In this document: one piece after another, positions 1 through 9,420 of the stretch | Layout: every line of letters starts with the position of its first letter | Position numbering within the stretch: position 1 is the first letter of the stretch | Origin: an uncultured Acidobacteriota bacterium | GTDB lineage: Bacteria > Acidobacteriota > UBA6911 | Reading direction: 5' to 3' | DNA: 64,000 nucleotides | Assembly: GCA_963843575.1 (NCBI GenBank) | Contig: CAWJKZ010000015.1 | Coordinates: 224,001-288,000 of the forward strand | Translations under genes and position numbers: made by a program | Notes under the pieces: generated by a model | What the model was told of the DNA's origin: nothing | The model's database searches: none | What the model saw: the letters and a program-made list of their open reading frames with translations, nothing else

Positions 1-604
1 CCATGACATCCAGGACTTTGAAACAATCCAGGCCTGTTCCCGCCTTGTCCGCCAGGGAGTCAGATGCCTTTCTCAGATTCTCCAGTTCATTCAGGGTGGA
101 GCGTAAGACCTCTTCGAGGGCTTGGATGCGATCATGCAGCTCTTGCGAGTCACCGTAGGCCATTTGCGTATTCCTCCATGCCGGTTCCGTCTGACTGCCG
201 ACGGGTCGAAGCACAGCCTGTTCGAATCGATAATCGACCGCCGGCGACACAGTGACTATGAACGATCGCAGATCATCCACAACGGACAGGCAGTGACCGC
301 AGGCTGACAGATGATCCACCACGGTTCGCAGGGTTTCACCAGACAGCGTTCCGTCAACGTAGTCCGATATGATCCCAATCCCCGGATGGTTCGCCGGCGC
401 GTCGGGAGAGCCCGCTTCTGTTGCTGCGTCAAAAACTTCCGATCGAATCGCAAGCCACAGCGCATCCGCGCCGATGGCTCTTTCCACCTGGGCCCGGCAG
501 ACTTCGCACACGGCGATATGGTCTGAAAGCGGCAGCAATTCCGCCACAGAGGGGCTTTGCCGGCAGTACTTCTCAATTTGAGTTTCTGCAAGATGCTCGG
601 ACAA
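1..604 (-). CDS. Tandem zf-HC2 (ZAS) anti-sigma-factor-like protein, runs off the left edge
   Basis: Not in the ORF track. Manual translation from TTG at 604 gives MSEHLAETQIEKYCRQ...SDHIAVCEVCR...SDYVDGTLSGETLRTVVDHLSACGHCL..., two HxxxCxxC motifs, open to the edge; directly downstream of an ECF sigma gene. Confidence 0.8.
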   Translation of the reverse strand, partial: MSEHLAETQIEKYCRQSPSVAELLPLSDHIAVCEVCRAQVERAIGADALWLAIRSEVFDAATEAGSPDAPANHPGIGIISDYVDGTLSGETLRTVVDHLSACGHCLSVVDDLRSFIVTVSPAVDYRFEQAVLRPVGSQTEPAWRNTQMAYGDSQELHDRIQALEEVLRSTLNELENLRKASDSLADKAGTGLDCFKVLDVM

Positions 605-729
605 GCGGCTCTTGACTCACGAATCGCAACCCAGGATGTTCGGCAGGAACCTGATGATAGCAAGCGGCTATCACCAAGTCCTTACGTTTCCTTAAGTTGC
701 TGAACCTCCGTAGTTATTACCACGTCACC

Positions 730-1803
730 TCACAGAAAGCCCTTCAATCGCCGCGTCAGCCGTTCGCGCGCCGATTTGCGGGCATTGATCACGTGTTGCC
801 GCCTCACATTCAGCAGCTCAGCGATGCGCGAATCCGGAAGCGGCAATTCATTCCACAGCTCGGCGAGCCGTTCGGCACTGATGTCCAGCGTTTCCGCCAG
901 TTGTCGGATACTAGCCACCCCGGTAGCCGGAAAAAGAGCAATGCAACCGCCCCCGTCCGCATCTTTGAGGTTAAGTAGCAAAGCCGTACGCTGGTTGAGC
1001 GGAAGCCGCCTTACTTCCTCCCACAACCGCTGCAGAAAGACTCGCTTCTCGAGCTGCCACGAGGGATCCGGCTGCGGATAAGCCGCAAAAGTCATGGCAT
1101 CTTCGCCTTGGTCGATAGGTTCCGTCCGCCGCTCGCGTACCGGCAATAATGCCGCAACCAAGCTGACCAGTTTGTCGAATTCAAGCGGGCAGCCGAGGCG
1201 ATTGAAAATTGCAGCCACAGCGGGGCCGATTCTTGTCTGGGTTCCGCCGCTCGCGCAGATTTCGGTAAGCAGCTTCTCGTCCCCAGACACCTGCCTGAAG
1301 CACTCTTCGCTTGCGGCTTGATTCTGCCCTTGCCAGGCTGCGAATCCGGCAATCAGCTTTCTGCGTGCGCTCTGCCACAGCGCGAACCCTTTCTGGCGCG
1401 TCAACAGGTAGTGGAGCCGGTTGGCCAGTGCGTGCCGTTCAGGAAACCGGCGCCGCATCCAGCGGGAGCATGCGCGATATGTGATGACCGCGGCCAGTCC
1501 CCGAAAATCGCCGATCGGGTGGGCATCGGGTCGGTAACCGAATTTCTGCAACTCGGCCAGCAATTGCAGTACGGCTTCCTGGCACAAATCATCGGCATCT
1601 GCCTGTCCCGACGCATCATGATAGGAAAGGTGGAGTTTGTATCGGATGATACCTTTTATTACCGGCTCGGCATGCGCGGCAATCAACCGCGAGAGAACAC
1701 TACGGGCTTCATCATGGCTGATCGGCGGCAGAAGTGATTCCAGTAAAGGATCGATGCGCGCCGACAGGCCCGGCAAAGAACTTGCGTTTTTGATGCTGCT
1801 CAA
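730..1803 (-). CDS. ECF-type sigma-70 factor, long form (357 aa)
   Basis: Region-2-like DADDLCQEAVLQLL...ACSRWMRR; region-4-like LWEEVRRLPLNQRTALLL...IAELLNVRRQHVINARKSARERL. Confidence 0.8.
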   Translation of the reverse strand: MSSIKNASSLPGLSARIDPLLESLLPPISHDEARSVLSRLIAAHAEPVIKGIIRYKLHLSYHDASGQADADDLCQEAVLQLLAELQKFGYRPDAHPIGDFRGLAAVITYRACSRWMRRRFPERHALANRLHYLLTRQKGFALWQSARRKLIAGFAAWQGQNQAASEECFRQVSGDEKLLTEICASGGTQTRIGPAVAAIFNRLGCPLEFDKLVSLVAALLPVRERRTEPIDQGEDAMTFAAYPQPDPSWQLEKRVFLQRLWEEVRRLPLNQRTALLLNLKDADGGGCIALFPATGVASIRQLAETLDISAERLAELWNELPLPDSRIAELLNVRRQHVINARKSARERLTRRLKGFL

Positions 1804-2124
1804 CCCTTCAGGATGTCTGTTGGATAATCAGGGGGTCAATGTGTTCGAAGTTTTACTCAGAAGGGCATCGAAGTCAAATCCTATTCGCATTTCTTGACAG
1901 CGATTCTGACGCACCAGCAACGTGCAGGTCTCCAAGCTCGCGTGCGGCTGGGTAAATAGTGACCTCCGGAGGGAGGGCTCGTGATATTGAATTCGCGGGT
2001 TGGGCGAAGCGGATCTGCGCGGACTTGGACGGCACCGCGTGAATCCGCGCCCAATATTTGAAGCCTGTTGCTCTCTGCGCTTCGGAAACCGGCTTCGACC
2101 CTTGCCGACGCGGATGTGAGCGAT

Positions 2125-2661
2125 CTATGCTCCCCACGGGCGCCGCAGCATCTCCTCAAAACGCGTTCCGGCGATGGAGATGTTGCTCAGCAGGTGCGGC
2201 GCCAGCTCATCGGGGTCCTCCGTTAGAGATTGCTCCCGCTGCACCGGCTCAACGCCGAGGCTTCCGAGGGTGGTCCGCAGGCGGTCCGCCAGAAACACCG
2301 CAAGCGACTGATAGAAGCGTGCGGCAAAACCCACATCATCCTGCAGTTTCTCCAGCAGCACGCCCCTAGGAATCGCCCCGACCCACGATTGCAGTTCGGC
2401 GCGCACGCTGGCGGTCGGCGGGCGGGAATCGACGAAGGAGACTTCTCCGATGACGTCGCCGGCTTTCAAAACAGCCAGTCTCGGTGCGGTCGTTGTATAG
2501 ACAACGAACGCGCCGTCCAAAACGAAGTAAAGCCAATCTGTCGGTTTTCCCTGCTGGATCAGCACCGTTCCTGCCGGCACTGCAATCCTGCTGCCGTTGC
2601 GGATCATCCAATCAATGTCGGGATCGTTCAGGATGCCGAGAAAATAGAGTGCCTTTCTCAT
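2125..2661 (-). CDS. Cyclic nucleotide-binding domain protein, bacteriocin-transport-associated type
   Basis: LIQQG...LYFVLDG...GDVIGEVSFVDSRPPTASVRA cNMP signature; last gene of the NHLP transport block. Confidence 0.85.
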   Translation of the reverse strand: MRKALYFLGILNDPDIDWMIRNGSRIAVPAGTVLIQQGKPTDWLYFVLDGAFVVYTTTAPRLAVLKAGDVIGEVSFVDSRPPTASVRAELQSWVGAIPRGVLLEKLQDDVGFAARFYQSLAVFLADRLRTTLGSLGVEPVQREQSLTEDPDELAPHLLSNISIAGTRFEEMLRRPWGA

Positions 2662-2706
2662 CGCCCCCCCACGTCGTGGCCAAAATCCTTCCGAGTACCT
2701 GAATTC

Positions 2707-5601
2707 CTACGCGATTTGGCGATGGGCCAGATCGAAGAAGGCTCCCGGCTTGTTGAGCAGCTCGCGATAGGTCCCTTCCTGAACGACCGCACCCCTCTCG
2801 ATCACATAGATGTAGTCGGCGCTGGCGACCGTGCTCAGCCGGTGCGCAATGACGATCCGCGTGGCCTGCAGTCTGGCGAGACTGCGGATGACAATCGCCT
2901 GAGTCTCGATATCCAGCGCGCTCGTCGCCTCGTCAAACAGGATAATGCGCGGTTTCCTGACGATCGCGCGCGCGATCATGAGCCGCTGCCGCTGTCCTCC
3001 CGAAAGCCCGCCGCCACCTTCGGCGATCACCGTATGCATCCCCATCGGCATGGCCTTGAGGTCCCTCTCGAGCCCCGCCGCCACTGCCGCCTGCCACGCA
3101 TCCTCTGTGGTGAGCGCGGACGATCCCACGATGTTCTGGTAGATGGATCCGGTCAGTAAACGGCCCGTCTGCAGCACTACCCCGATCTGCCGCCGCACGG
3201 CCTGTACGTCGAGATGCGCGAGGTCCTGGTTGTCAAAATAGATGGAACCGGATTCAGGAGTCTCAAAACCCAGCAACATCCGCAGCAAGGTCGATTTGCC
3301 GCTCCCCGAGGGCCCGACGATGGCGATAAACTGCTCCGGCGCGACATTGATTGAAACGTCCCGGAGCACCGGCGCGGCATCGGCCCGGTATCGGAAATTC
3401 ACATGTTTCACCTCGACCCTTCCCGACAGCTCGCCCGGATAGCTCTTGGTCCGATCCACTTCGGGCAGTGCTTCAAGAATGGGGCGACATCGTTCGTAAA
3501 GCGGGATCACGGCCAAAGCCGAAATAAGCGCAGAACACAGACTGAGCGCCGAACCTTGGAACTGCATGAAGGCGGCATTGAAGGCGAGAAAACCGCCGGT
3601 CGAGAATCCGCTGCCCGCGGGGGAATCCAGGAGGCGGCCTGCGGCATAAAAAATAACGACGGAGCTCAAGACGGGGAATGCCGAAATGAATACGACAAGC
3701 ATGGCACTCGTCTTGCGAGCTCGAAGCGCAGCCGTTTTCTCCTGCGCAAATTCCTTGGCCCAGGCCGCAAATGCCCGAGCCTCGGCACCCGACACGCGTA
3801 ATTTAGCGATTCCCTGGATGATCTGTAGCAACACGCCGGAAAGGTGCCCGCTGATTCTCGTCGCTTCCCGCTGGTGTTGGAGATTCTGAAAGCCGATCAC
3901 AAACGCACCGAGAAAGATGACAAGAGCCAAACCGGTCGCGAGCAGGGCCAGGCTCGGGCTGTAGTAGAAGAGCACGGCGAACGTAAAGACGGAGAAAACT
4001 CCCGAAAAGAGCGTCGACAACAGCGACCCGGTCAGGACCTGTCGAATCGAACTCACGGTCAGACCGCGCATCGCCAGGTCGCCGGCGGCGTAGTTGCGGA
4101 AGAATGGCACATGCAGGCTCAGCAGGCGGTCCCAGACCGCGGATTGGGTCGAGGAATCCATCTTGGCTTCCAGCCTCAGCATGGCGAAGTTCTGGACCAC
4201 CTGGAAAAGCGCGATGGATGCGGACACGACCAGTAGCACCAGAACAATCTCGAGCAGCAGGCTTCGGTCGGCACCCGGAATCACGGAATCGAAAACAATC
4301 CCGGTCATCACCGGCGCAACCAGGGCGAGAAGACCCGTCGCCATGGCCGTTATGAGCAGAGTGGTCAATTCGCCCCGGCAACCGTGGAAACTGAACCGGA
4401 TCAGATCGAGTGCGTTCAGCTTTTTGAGCGGAAACGGGCGATAAAAGCTGTAACCTAAGGGCTGGAGCGAGGCCGCAAACTTCTGGCTGACGCGGGTTCG
4501 TGTTCCGCTCGGGGCATCGAACGCGTCGTATTTTCCCGGCGTCACGGGCAGGAGTGCTATCGGGGTGTGATCTCGCTCGCTTACCGCCAGCAACGGACCG
4601 TTGTCCCGTTTCCACCATTTTCCCTTCAGGGCGACGATGCGCATCCGGACACCGGAGGCGCGGGCAATCGCCCCCACCGGATCCATCTGCACACCCCGCC
4701 GCCGGTCCGGGGCCGGCTTGAAGTCGATTCCGAGCGGTTTGCCCAATGCAGCGCAGGCGAGGAACCAGGGATCCGTCTCCTCGGCAGCATGGGGCGCTTC
4801 TTCCGGGCCCTCGAGGGGGGAGGCCAGCACCCGTATCGCCAGATCCAGGCGTGTCTGTTCGGTCTGCTTCCGCCGCTGCAGACGCGCACGCTCTCTGTCC
4901 TCGGACGCCTTCAGGCTCTCGATCAGGCAGTGCAGTGCCGTCGCATGGAACCGTTGCAGTCCCGTCCAGAGCGGATCGAGTGCAAGGAACTCGACGGTGC
5001 CGATTATCATCAGCTTGGAGCCTTTGGATACGTCCAACCACGCGTTGACGGAAACCGGGAAGAAACCTTCGCTTTCAGCGAGGCTCCAATCGCCCAGGAA
5101 ACTCGAGGTGCCCTCCAGTCGCCTGACCCAGACGACGCCCTGGCTCGGCAGCACAGACTGAGGGTGATTGAACACCGGGGTAGTGTCCGGTTGCAGAAAC
5201 TCGAAACTCTTTGCCTTTCTGTTCTGCGCGATGGCACGGGAGAGGGCGCTAATCCAATCCTCGAGCAGTTGTGCGGCACGCGGGATGTCGGACAGATCCT
5301 GCGTGCGCGATAGCTCGAGCACCTGGCCCCCCGGGCTGGGCATGGCAAGCAGTTTCTGCGACACCGAATCCGGATGCTGCATGCCAAACAGTGCCTGGCC
5401 TTTACCAAGGCGAAGCACGTGCGTGCGCGCTCCGACCGCCTCGCCATCGCGGCTCTCTACCAGGAACAAGTCGAGCGTACCCGTCTGGACGAAGAGAACT
5501 CGGTCGACATCATCGATAAAGAAAGGAGTTCTCGGACCCGCGTCGGCGAGAAATCCCGCGGATGACTGATCCTGATGAGGCCCACTGGTCTGCATATCCA
5601 T
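2707..5601 (-). CDS. NHLP bacteriocin export ABC transporter permease/ATPase (no peptidase domain)
   Basis: Walker [28 protein letters not shown]; multi-TM domain; N-terminal cNMP-like extension and WWKRDNGPLL motif typical of NHLM ABC2. Confidence 0.92.
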   Translation of the reverse strand: MDMQTSGPHQDQSSAGFLADAGPRTPFFIDDVDRVLFVQTGTLDLFLVESRDGEAVGARTHVLRLGKGQALFGMQHPDSVSQKLLAMPSPGGQVLELSRTQDLSDIPRAAQLLEDWISALSRAIAQNRKAKSFEFLQPDTTPVFNHPQSVLPSQGVVWVRRLEGTSSFLGDWSLAESEGFFPVSVNAWLDVSKGSKLMIIGTVEFLALDPLWTGLQRFHATALHCLIESLKASEDRERARLQRRKQTEQTRLDLAIRVLASPLEGPEEAPHAAEETDPWFLACAALGKPLGIDFKPAPDRRRGVQMDPVGAIARASGVRMRIVALKGKWWKRDNGPLLAVSERDHTPIALLPVTPGKYDAFDAPSGTRTRVSQKFAASLQPLGYSFYRPFPLKKLNALDLIRFSFHGCRGELTTLLITAMATGLLALVAPVMTGIVFDSVIPGADRSLLLEIVLVLLVVSASIALFQVVQNFAMLRLEAKMDSSTQSAVWDRLLSLHVPFFRNYAAGDLAMRGLTVSSIRQVLTGSLLSTLFSGVFSVFTFAVLFYYSPSLALLATGLALVIFLGAFVIGFQNLQHQREATRISGHLSGVLLQIIQGIAKLRVSGAEARAFAAWAKEFAQEKTAALRARKTSAMLVVFISAFPVLSSVVIFYAAGRLLDSPAGSGFSTGGFLAFNAAFMQFQGSALSLCSALISALAVIPLYERCRPILEALPEVDRTKSYPGELSGRVEVKHVNFRYRADAAPVLRDVSINVAPEQFIAIVGPSGSGKSTLLRMLLGFETPESGSIYFDNQDLAHLDVQAVRRQIGVVLQTGRLLTGSIYQNIVGSSALTTEDAWQAAVAAGLERDLKAMPMGMHTVIAEGGGGLSGGQRQRLMIARAIVRKPRIILFDEATSALDIETQAIVIRSLARLQATRIVIAHRLSTVASADYIYVIERGAVVQEGTYRELLNKPGAFFDLAHRQIA

Positions 5602-5643
5602 AGTGTTTTTGAGAAATCCGTGTGTGGAAACGAACGCGAAACT

Positions 5644-7806
5644 TCAGTTAGCTCCCATGAGTCTGGCGTAAGTGCCGCGTTTCCTGATCAAATCCCGATG
5701 GGTGCCGCGCTCGACGATTTTTCCGGCGTCGAGGACGAGGATTTCATCACAGTCACGGATCGTACTGAGCCGGTGGGCGACAATCAGGCAAGTGCAACCG
5801 CGCCGCCGGATCGCGTCGTCGACGCGCTTTTCGGTAATCGGATCCAGCGCGCTCGTCGCCTCATCGAGCACCAGAAGCCGCGGATTGCCCGCGAGAGCCC
5901 GGGCGATCTCGAGCCGCTGCCGTTGTCCTCCGCTGAAATTCCTGCCCTGCTCTTCTATCCGGTAATCGTAACCGCCCGGCCGGTCGGCAATATCGTCATG
6001 GATGCAGGCGTCCTGGGCGGCCTGAATGACCGTCGGTTCCTCCAGTGTGTCGTCCCAGAGCGTCAGATTGCTTCGGATCGCCCCCTCGAACAACGCCGGG
6101 TCCTGATCTACCACTCCGATCGAGTTATTCATCACCTCGCGGGGAAGTTCGTCGCGCTTCTTGCCATCAAAAAGAATCTCGCCACTCCACGGCTCATAAA
6201 GCCCGGAGACAAGCTTGGCCACCGTTGATTTTCCGCTCCCGGACGCTCCGACGACGGCTACCCTTTGCCCGGGCTTGAGCTTCAGGTTGAAATCCGAAAT
6301 CAAGGGTGGCTCGAGCCGGCTGTAGCCGAACGCGACCTGCCGCATGTCCAGAGAGCCCTCGAGCTTCTGTGCCGGATCTCCGCTGACTTGAGTGTTGAGC
6401 AGCCTCTGTTCCGGATAGCGGAGCACGTCGTCGAGGCGGTTCATATCCCCGTGTGCTTCCTGGAGTTTCCCTCCCAATTGAACCAACCCGTTGACGGGTT
6501 CGGTGAAGCTGGCTGCCAGCGTCTGAAAAGCGATCAACATCCCGATCGTCAGCACACCATCAATCACCCGGATCCCCCCCAACCCGATTATGGTCACAGC
6601 GTAGAACGACATCAACAGCGGAGAACCCGCGGAGAGAAACTGTGCCGACACGGCGAGCTCCTGCTCGGCTCCGACGAGCTTAGCCTGGTGACCTGCCCAG
6701 TTGGCGAAAAACTCCGATTCGGTTCCCGTGGCCTTCAGGCTCTCAATCCCTGTCAACCCATCCATCGAGGCCGCCATCAGTTTGCCTCGCCCCTGCAGCA
6801 GCTTCCGGTTGGAGTCCCGCCGTTTTTTCGCGATGAACTGCAGGAACAGGAGGTTGGCCACGGCGATGGCGATGGCCACCAGCGTAAGCACAGTGTCGTA
6901 CTGGAACATAAGTGCAGCAAAGAAACCGATCATCACGAGATTGACCAGGTTGGTCGCCAGACCGCCGGACAGCAAGGCCGCCACGGTATCGTTCAGCTCG
7001 ACTCGTGATGCGATCTCGCCGCTGTAGCGCTGGGCAAAGAATTCGATCGGCAACCGCAATACGTGCCACAGGAATCGACTCGAGGGCCCGAGCGCGAGCT
7101 TCATTTCCAGGCGTAGCAGCCCCTGCTGTTGCAGGTAGGTGAGTCCCGCCCGGAGCACTGCGGCAACACTCATGGCCAGCAGCAACGGCTGCAGCCACGC
7201 GCGCGCCCCACCCACCATGATGTTGTCGACAAAGATCTTGAAAAAGACCGGGATCACGATTCCCGGCACGACCAATGCCAGTGTGGCCAAAACGACGTAG
7301 GCTAGGGCGAGCCGGCTGCCTGGAAGGCGCGCGGCGAGGGCCTTGAGAATGCTGGGGCGCGCCCCTCCCTTCCTGAACGCGGGGGTTAGCTGGAAGGCCA
7401 TGACAAAGCCGGTAAACGACTCGTCGAATTCCGCATCGGAAACCGCACGCGGCCCTTCGGCGGGATCGTTAAGGTACACTTTGCCGCGCTTGAAACCCTC
7501 CACCACCAGAAAGTGGTTGAAGTTCCAGAAAACGATCATGGGCAAAGGCATGTCGCGGAGTTGCGCCGGCTCCTTCGTGTATCCGTTGCCCGCTAGTCCA
7601 TAGGACTGGGCAGCCTGAAGCATGTTGAGGGCTTTGCTCCCGTCCCTGGAAACGCCGCAGGCCACGCGCAGTTCTTCGAGAGGCACGTGCCGGCCGTAGT
7701 AGCCGAGGACCATTCCCAGAGATGCCGCACCACACTCCGTTGCTTCCATCTGAATAGTGGTAGGGGTCCTGACACGCCGGCGCCGGAAAATCTTGTACAT
7801 ATTCAA
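5644..7806 (-). CDS. NHLP bacteriocin export ABC transporter with C39 peptidase domain
   Basis: [12 protein letters not shown] (catalytic Cys), [11 protein letters not shown] (His), YLNDP (Asp); [25 protein letters not shown]; alternative ATG start at 7800. Confidence 0.93.
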   Translation of the reverse strand: MNMYKIFRRRRVRTPTTIQMEATECGAASLGMVLGYYGRHVPLEELRVACGVSRDGSKALNMLQAAQSYGLAGNGYTKEPAQLRDMPLPMIVFWNFNHFLVVEGFKRGKVYLNDPAEGPRAVSDAEFDESFTGFVMAFQLTPAFRKGGARPSILKALAARLPGSRLALAYVVLATLALVVPGIVIPVFFKIFVDNIMVGGARAWLQPLLLAMSVAAVLRAGLTYLQQQGLLRLEMKLALGPSSRFLWHVLRLPIEFFAQRYSGEIASRVELNDTVAALLSGGLATNLVNLVMIGFFAALMFQYDTVLTLVAIAIAVANLLFLQFIAKKRRDSNRKLLQGRGKLMAASMDGLTGIESLKATGTESEFFANWAGHQAKLVGAEQELAVSAQFLSAGSPLLMSFYAVTIIGLGGIRVIDGVLTIGMLIAFQTLAASFTEPVNGLVQLGGKLQEAHGDMNRLDDVLRYPEQRLLNTQVSGDPAQKLEGSLDMRQVAFGYSRLEPPLISDFNLKLKPGQRVAVVGASGSGKSTVAKLVSGLYEPWSGEILFDGKKRDELPREVMNNSIGVVDQDPALFEGAIRSNLTLWDDTLEEPTVIQAAQDACIHDDIADRPGGYDYRIEEQGRNFSGGQRQRLEIARALAGNPRLLVLDEATSALDPITEKRVDDAIRRRGCTCLIVAHRLSTIRDCDEILVLDAGKIVERGTHRDLIRKRGTYARLMGAN

Positions 7807-7829
7807 TGCTCTCTAAGGGAAGCGGACAC

Positions 7830-7902
7830 GGGACAGCCACGGAATTCGCTCTTGCGAATGAGCCAAAGCTGGAAGTGTCCGAGCGAATACGATGGCTGTC
7901 CC
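7830..7902. repeat. Intergenic palindrome (GGGACAGCCA family)
   Basis: Imperfect 22-bp inverted repeat gggacagccacggaattcgctc (7830-7851) / gagcgaatacgatggctgtccc (7881-7902). Confidence 0.75.
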
Positions 7903-7952
7903 CAAATCGCACCCACGGACAAACACTGACGTACACGGATCAACCGCGCCGA

Positions 7953-9209
7953 TTACCTTAGGCCGAGCTTCTCTTTCATGTACGGAAACACCAGAGTGAC
8001 CGGACGTTGTTTCCTGGTCACGATCTCCCCCTGACACAGAGCGCCGCCGCTCAGCTTGATCGGTGCGCCTTGCGCGGAGGACCAACGATACCCGGTGGGC
8101 GTCGATGGATCCGCCTGCATCTCGACATGAACTTCCGTGACCGGGCCCCCGGAAATAAGCGTCCTGACCAGTGGCGCATTTTCGAAGATTCTCATCAGCG
8201 CCTCTTCAGTCGCCGGATAGTCGGCGATGAAGGTGACCTTGCCGCGAATGTAGCCGAACTCCTCGCGTCTCACTTCGGTGGGCGAGATCTCGGCATCCAT
8301 CTCAGGCTGGACTTCTTTGGCCCTCGCGGCGGGTGTGAACAGCACCGCTTCGAGCTTGACGACGTCGGGTTGCAGGCTGATTACGGGTGTGCCTACCTGA
8401 ACCAGGCTGCCGGGTGAAACTTGCACCTCAACCACCTGTCCGGCGTAGGGCGTAACCACCTTCGATTGCATCTCGAGTTCCTTCTGCAGGACCTGCAATT
8501 CGCGATTGAACTCCGCGATTCGGTTGTCTGACTGCAGGTTGGCCTCCAGGCTTTCGTTGCGCGTCTGAAACTCCATAGAATCCAGCTGGGTGATCTGAGC
8601 GTGCCGGGACCCAATGTTGCTCTGAATACCCACAAGTTTCTCACGCGTCAGATAGGTTTGCTGCTTTGTGATAAGCCCTTTGGACAGAAGTTCTTCGTCG
8701 ACCGGGATCTGCTCCTGGACCAGCTTCGCCTGGTGCTGCAGATCGGAAATCTCTTGCTCCAGATTCGAGCGTTGGCGCGCCAGGAAGGCAAGCTGCAAAC
8801 GGCTGCGGTCCGCCCGGACGTTGAGTAACTCGTTTCGCTGTCTGGTTGCCTCCGTCAATTGGCTTTCCACAACACGAATCTGCTCGAGCAGGGAGGGCTG
8901 GGCGATGGTCCCAATCACCTGGCCCGCCGTGATGTGATCTCCGACATGTACACTCAGATCGGTAACTCGTCCAGTGCCGAGCGGGACCACACTCTGTACG
9001 CCTCCGGAGCGTATGAGCACGCCGTTGCCGGCAACCTTCGTTGTGACCTGTCCCATGTAACCCCATCCCACACTCACGCCGATCAAGGCGACCAGTGCGG
9101 CGAGCGCCAGCCAGTTTTTGGGGTTGGTCACGTGAAGCAGGCGATCGAGTTGTTCCGGTGAGGACAGCCGTTCCAGGGCGACCTTTCTGAAAACAGTCGG
9201 TGAACTCAT
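7953..9209 (-). CDS. NHLP bacteriocin system secretion protein (HlyD-family membrane fusion protein)
   Basis: FRKVALERLSSPEQLDRLL N-terminus, one TM, coiled coil, C-terminal TPTGYRWSS...GALCQGEI; ATG 9209 preferred. Confidence 0.92.
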   Translation of the reverse strand: MSSPTVFRKVALERLSSPEQLDRLLHVTNPKNWLALAALVALIGVSVGWGYMGQVTTKVAGNGVLIRSGGVQSVVPLGTGRVTDLSVHVGDHITAGQVIGTIAQPSLLEQIRVVESQLTEATRQRNELLNVRADRSRLQLAFLARQRSNLEQEISDLQHQAKLVQEQIPVDEELLSKGLITKQQTYLTREKLVGIQSNIGSRHAQITQLDSMEFQTRNESLEANLQSDNRIAEFNRELQVLQKELEMQSKVVTPYAGQVVEVQVSPGSLVQVGTPVISLQPDVVKLEAVLFTPAARAKEVQPEMDAEISPTEVRREEFGYIRGKVTFIADYPATEEALMRIFENAPLVRTLISGGPVTEVHVEMQADPSTPTGYRWSSAQGAPIKLSGGALCQGEIVTRKQRPVTLVFPYMKEKLGLR

Positions 9210-9278
9210 AGTTCCCTTACAAAGGACAAAGACTGCCACGGATTACACGGCCCGGCCAAGGGCCGCAACCAGTAAATT

Positions 9279-9385
9279 GGACGCGGATTCCCGTGGAAGA
9301 ACGCGGATTGTACTCGGGCGCGTCCATCCGCTTAAATCCGTGAAATCGTTTAAGATCCGCGTTCCGCTTTTGTTTTTTCATCCGT
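9279..9385 (+). repeat. Partial copy of repeat family B (CGCGGAT...ATCCGCG with pyrimidine tail)
   Basis: acgcggatt...catccgcttaaatccgtgaaatcgtttaagatccgcgttccgcttttgttttttc matches the core at 15026 and 27271. Confidence 0.7.
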
Positions 9386-9420
9386 AGCTGCTTTGATCTT
9401 ACAGACATGGCTTCAGTACC

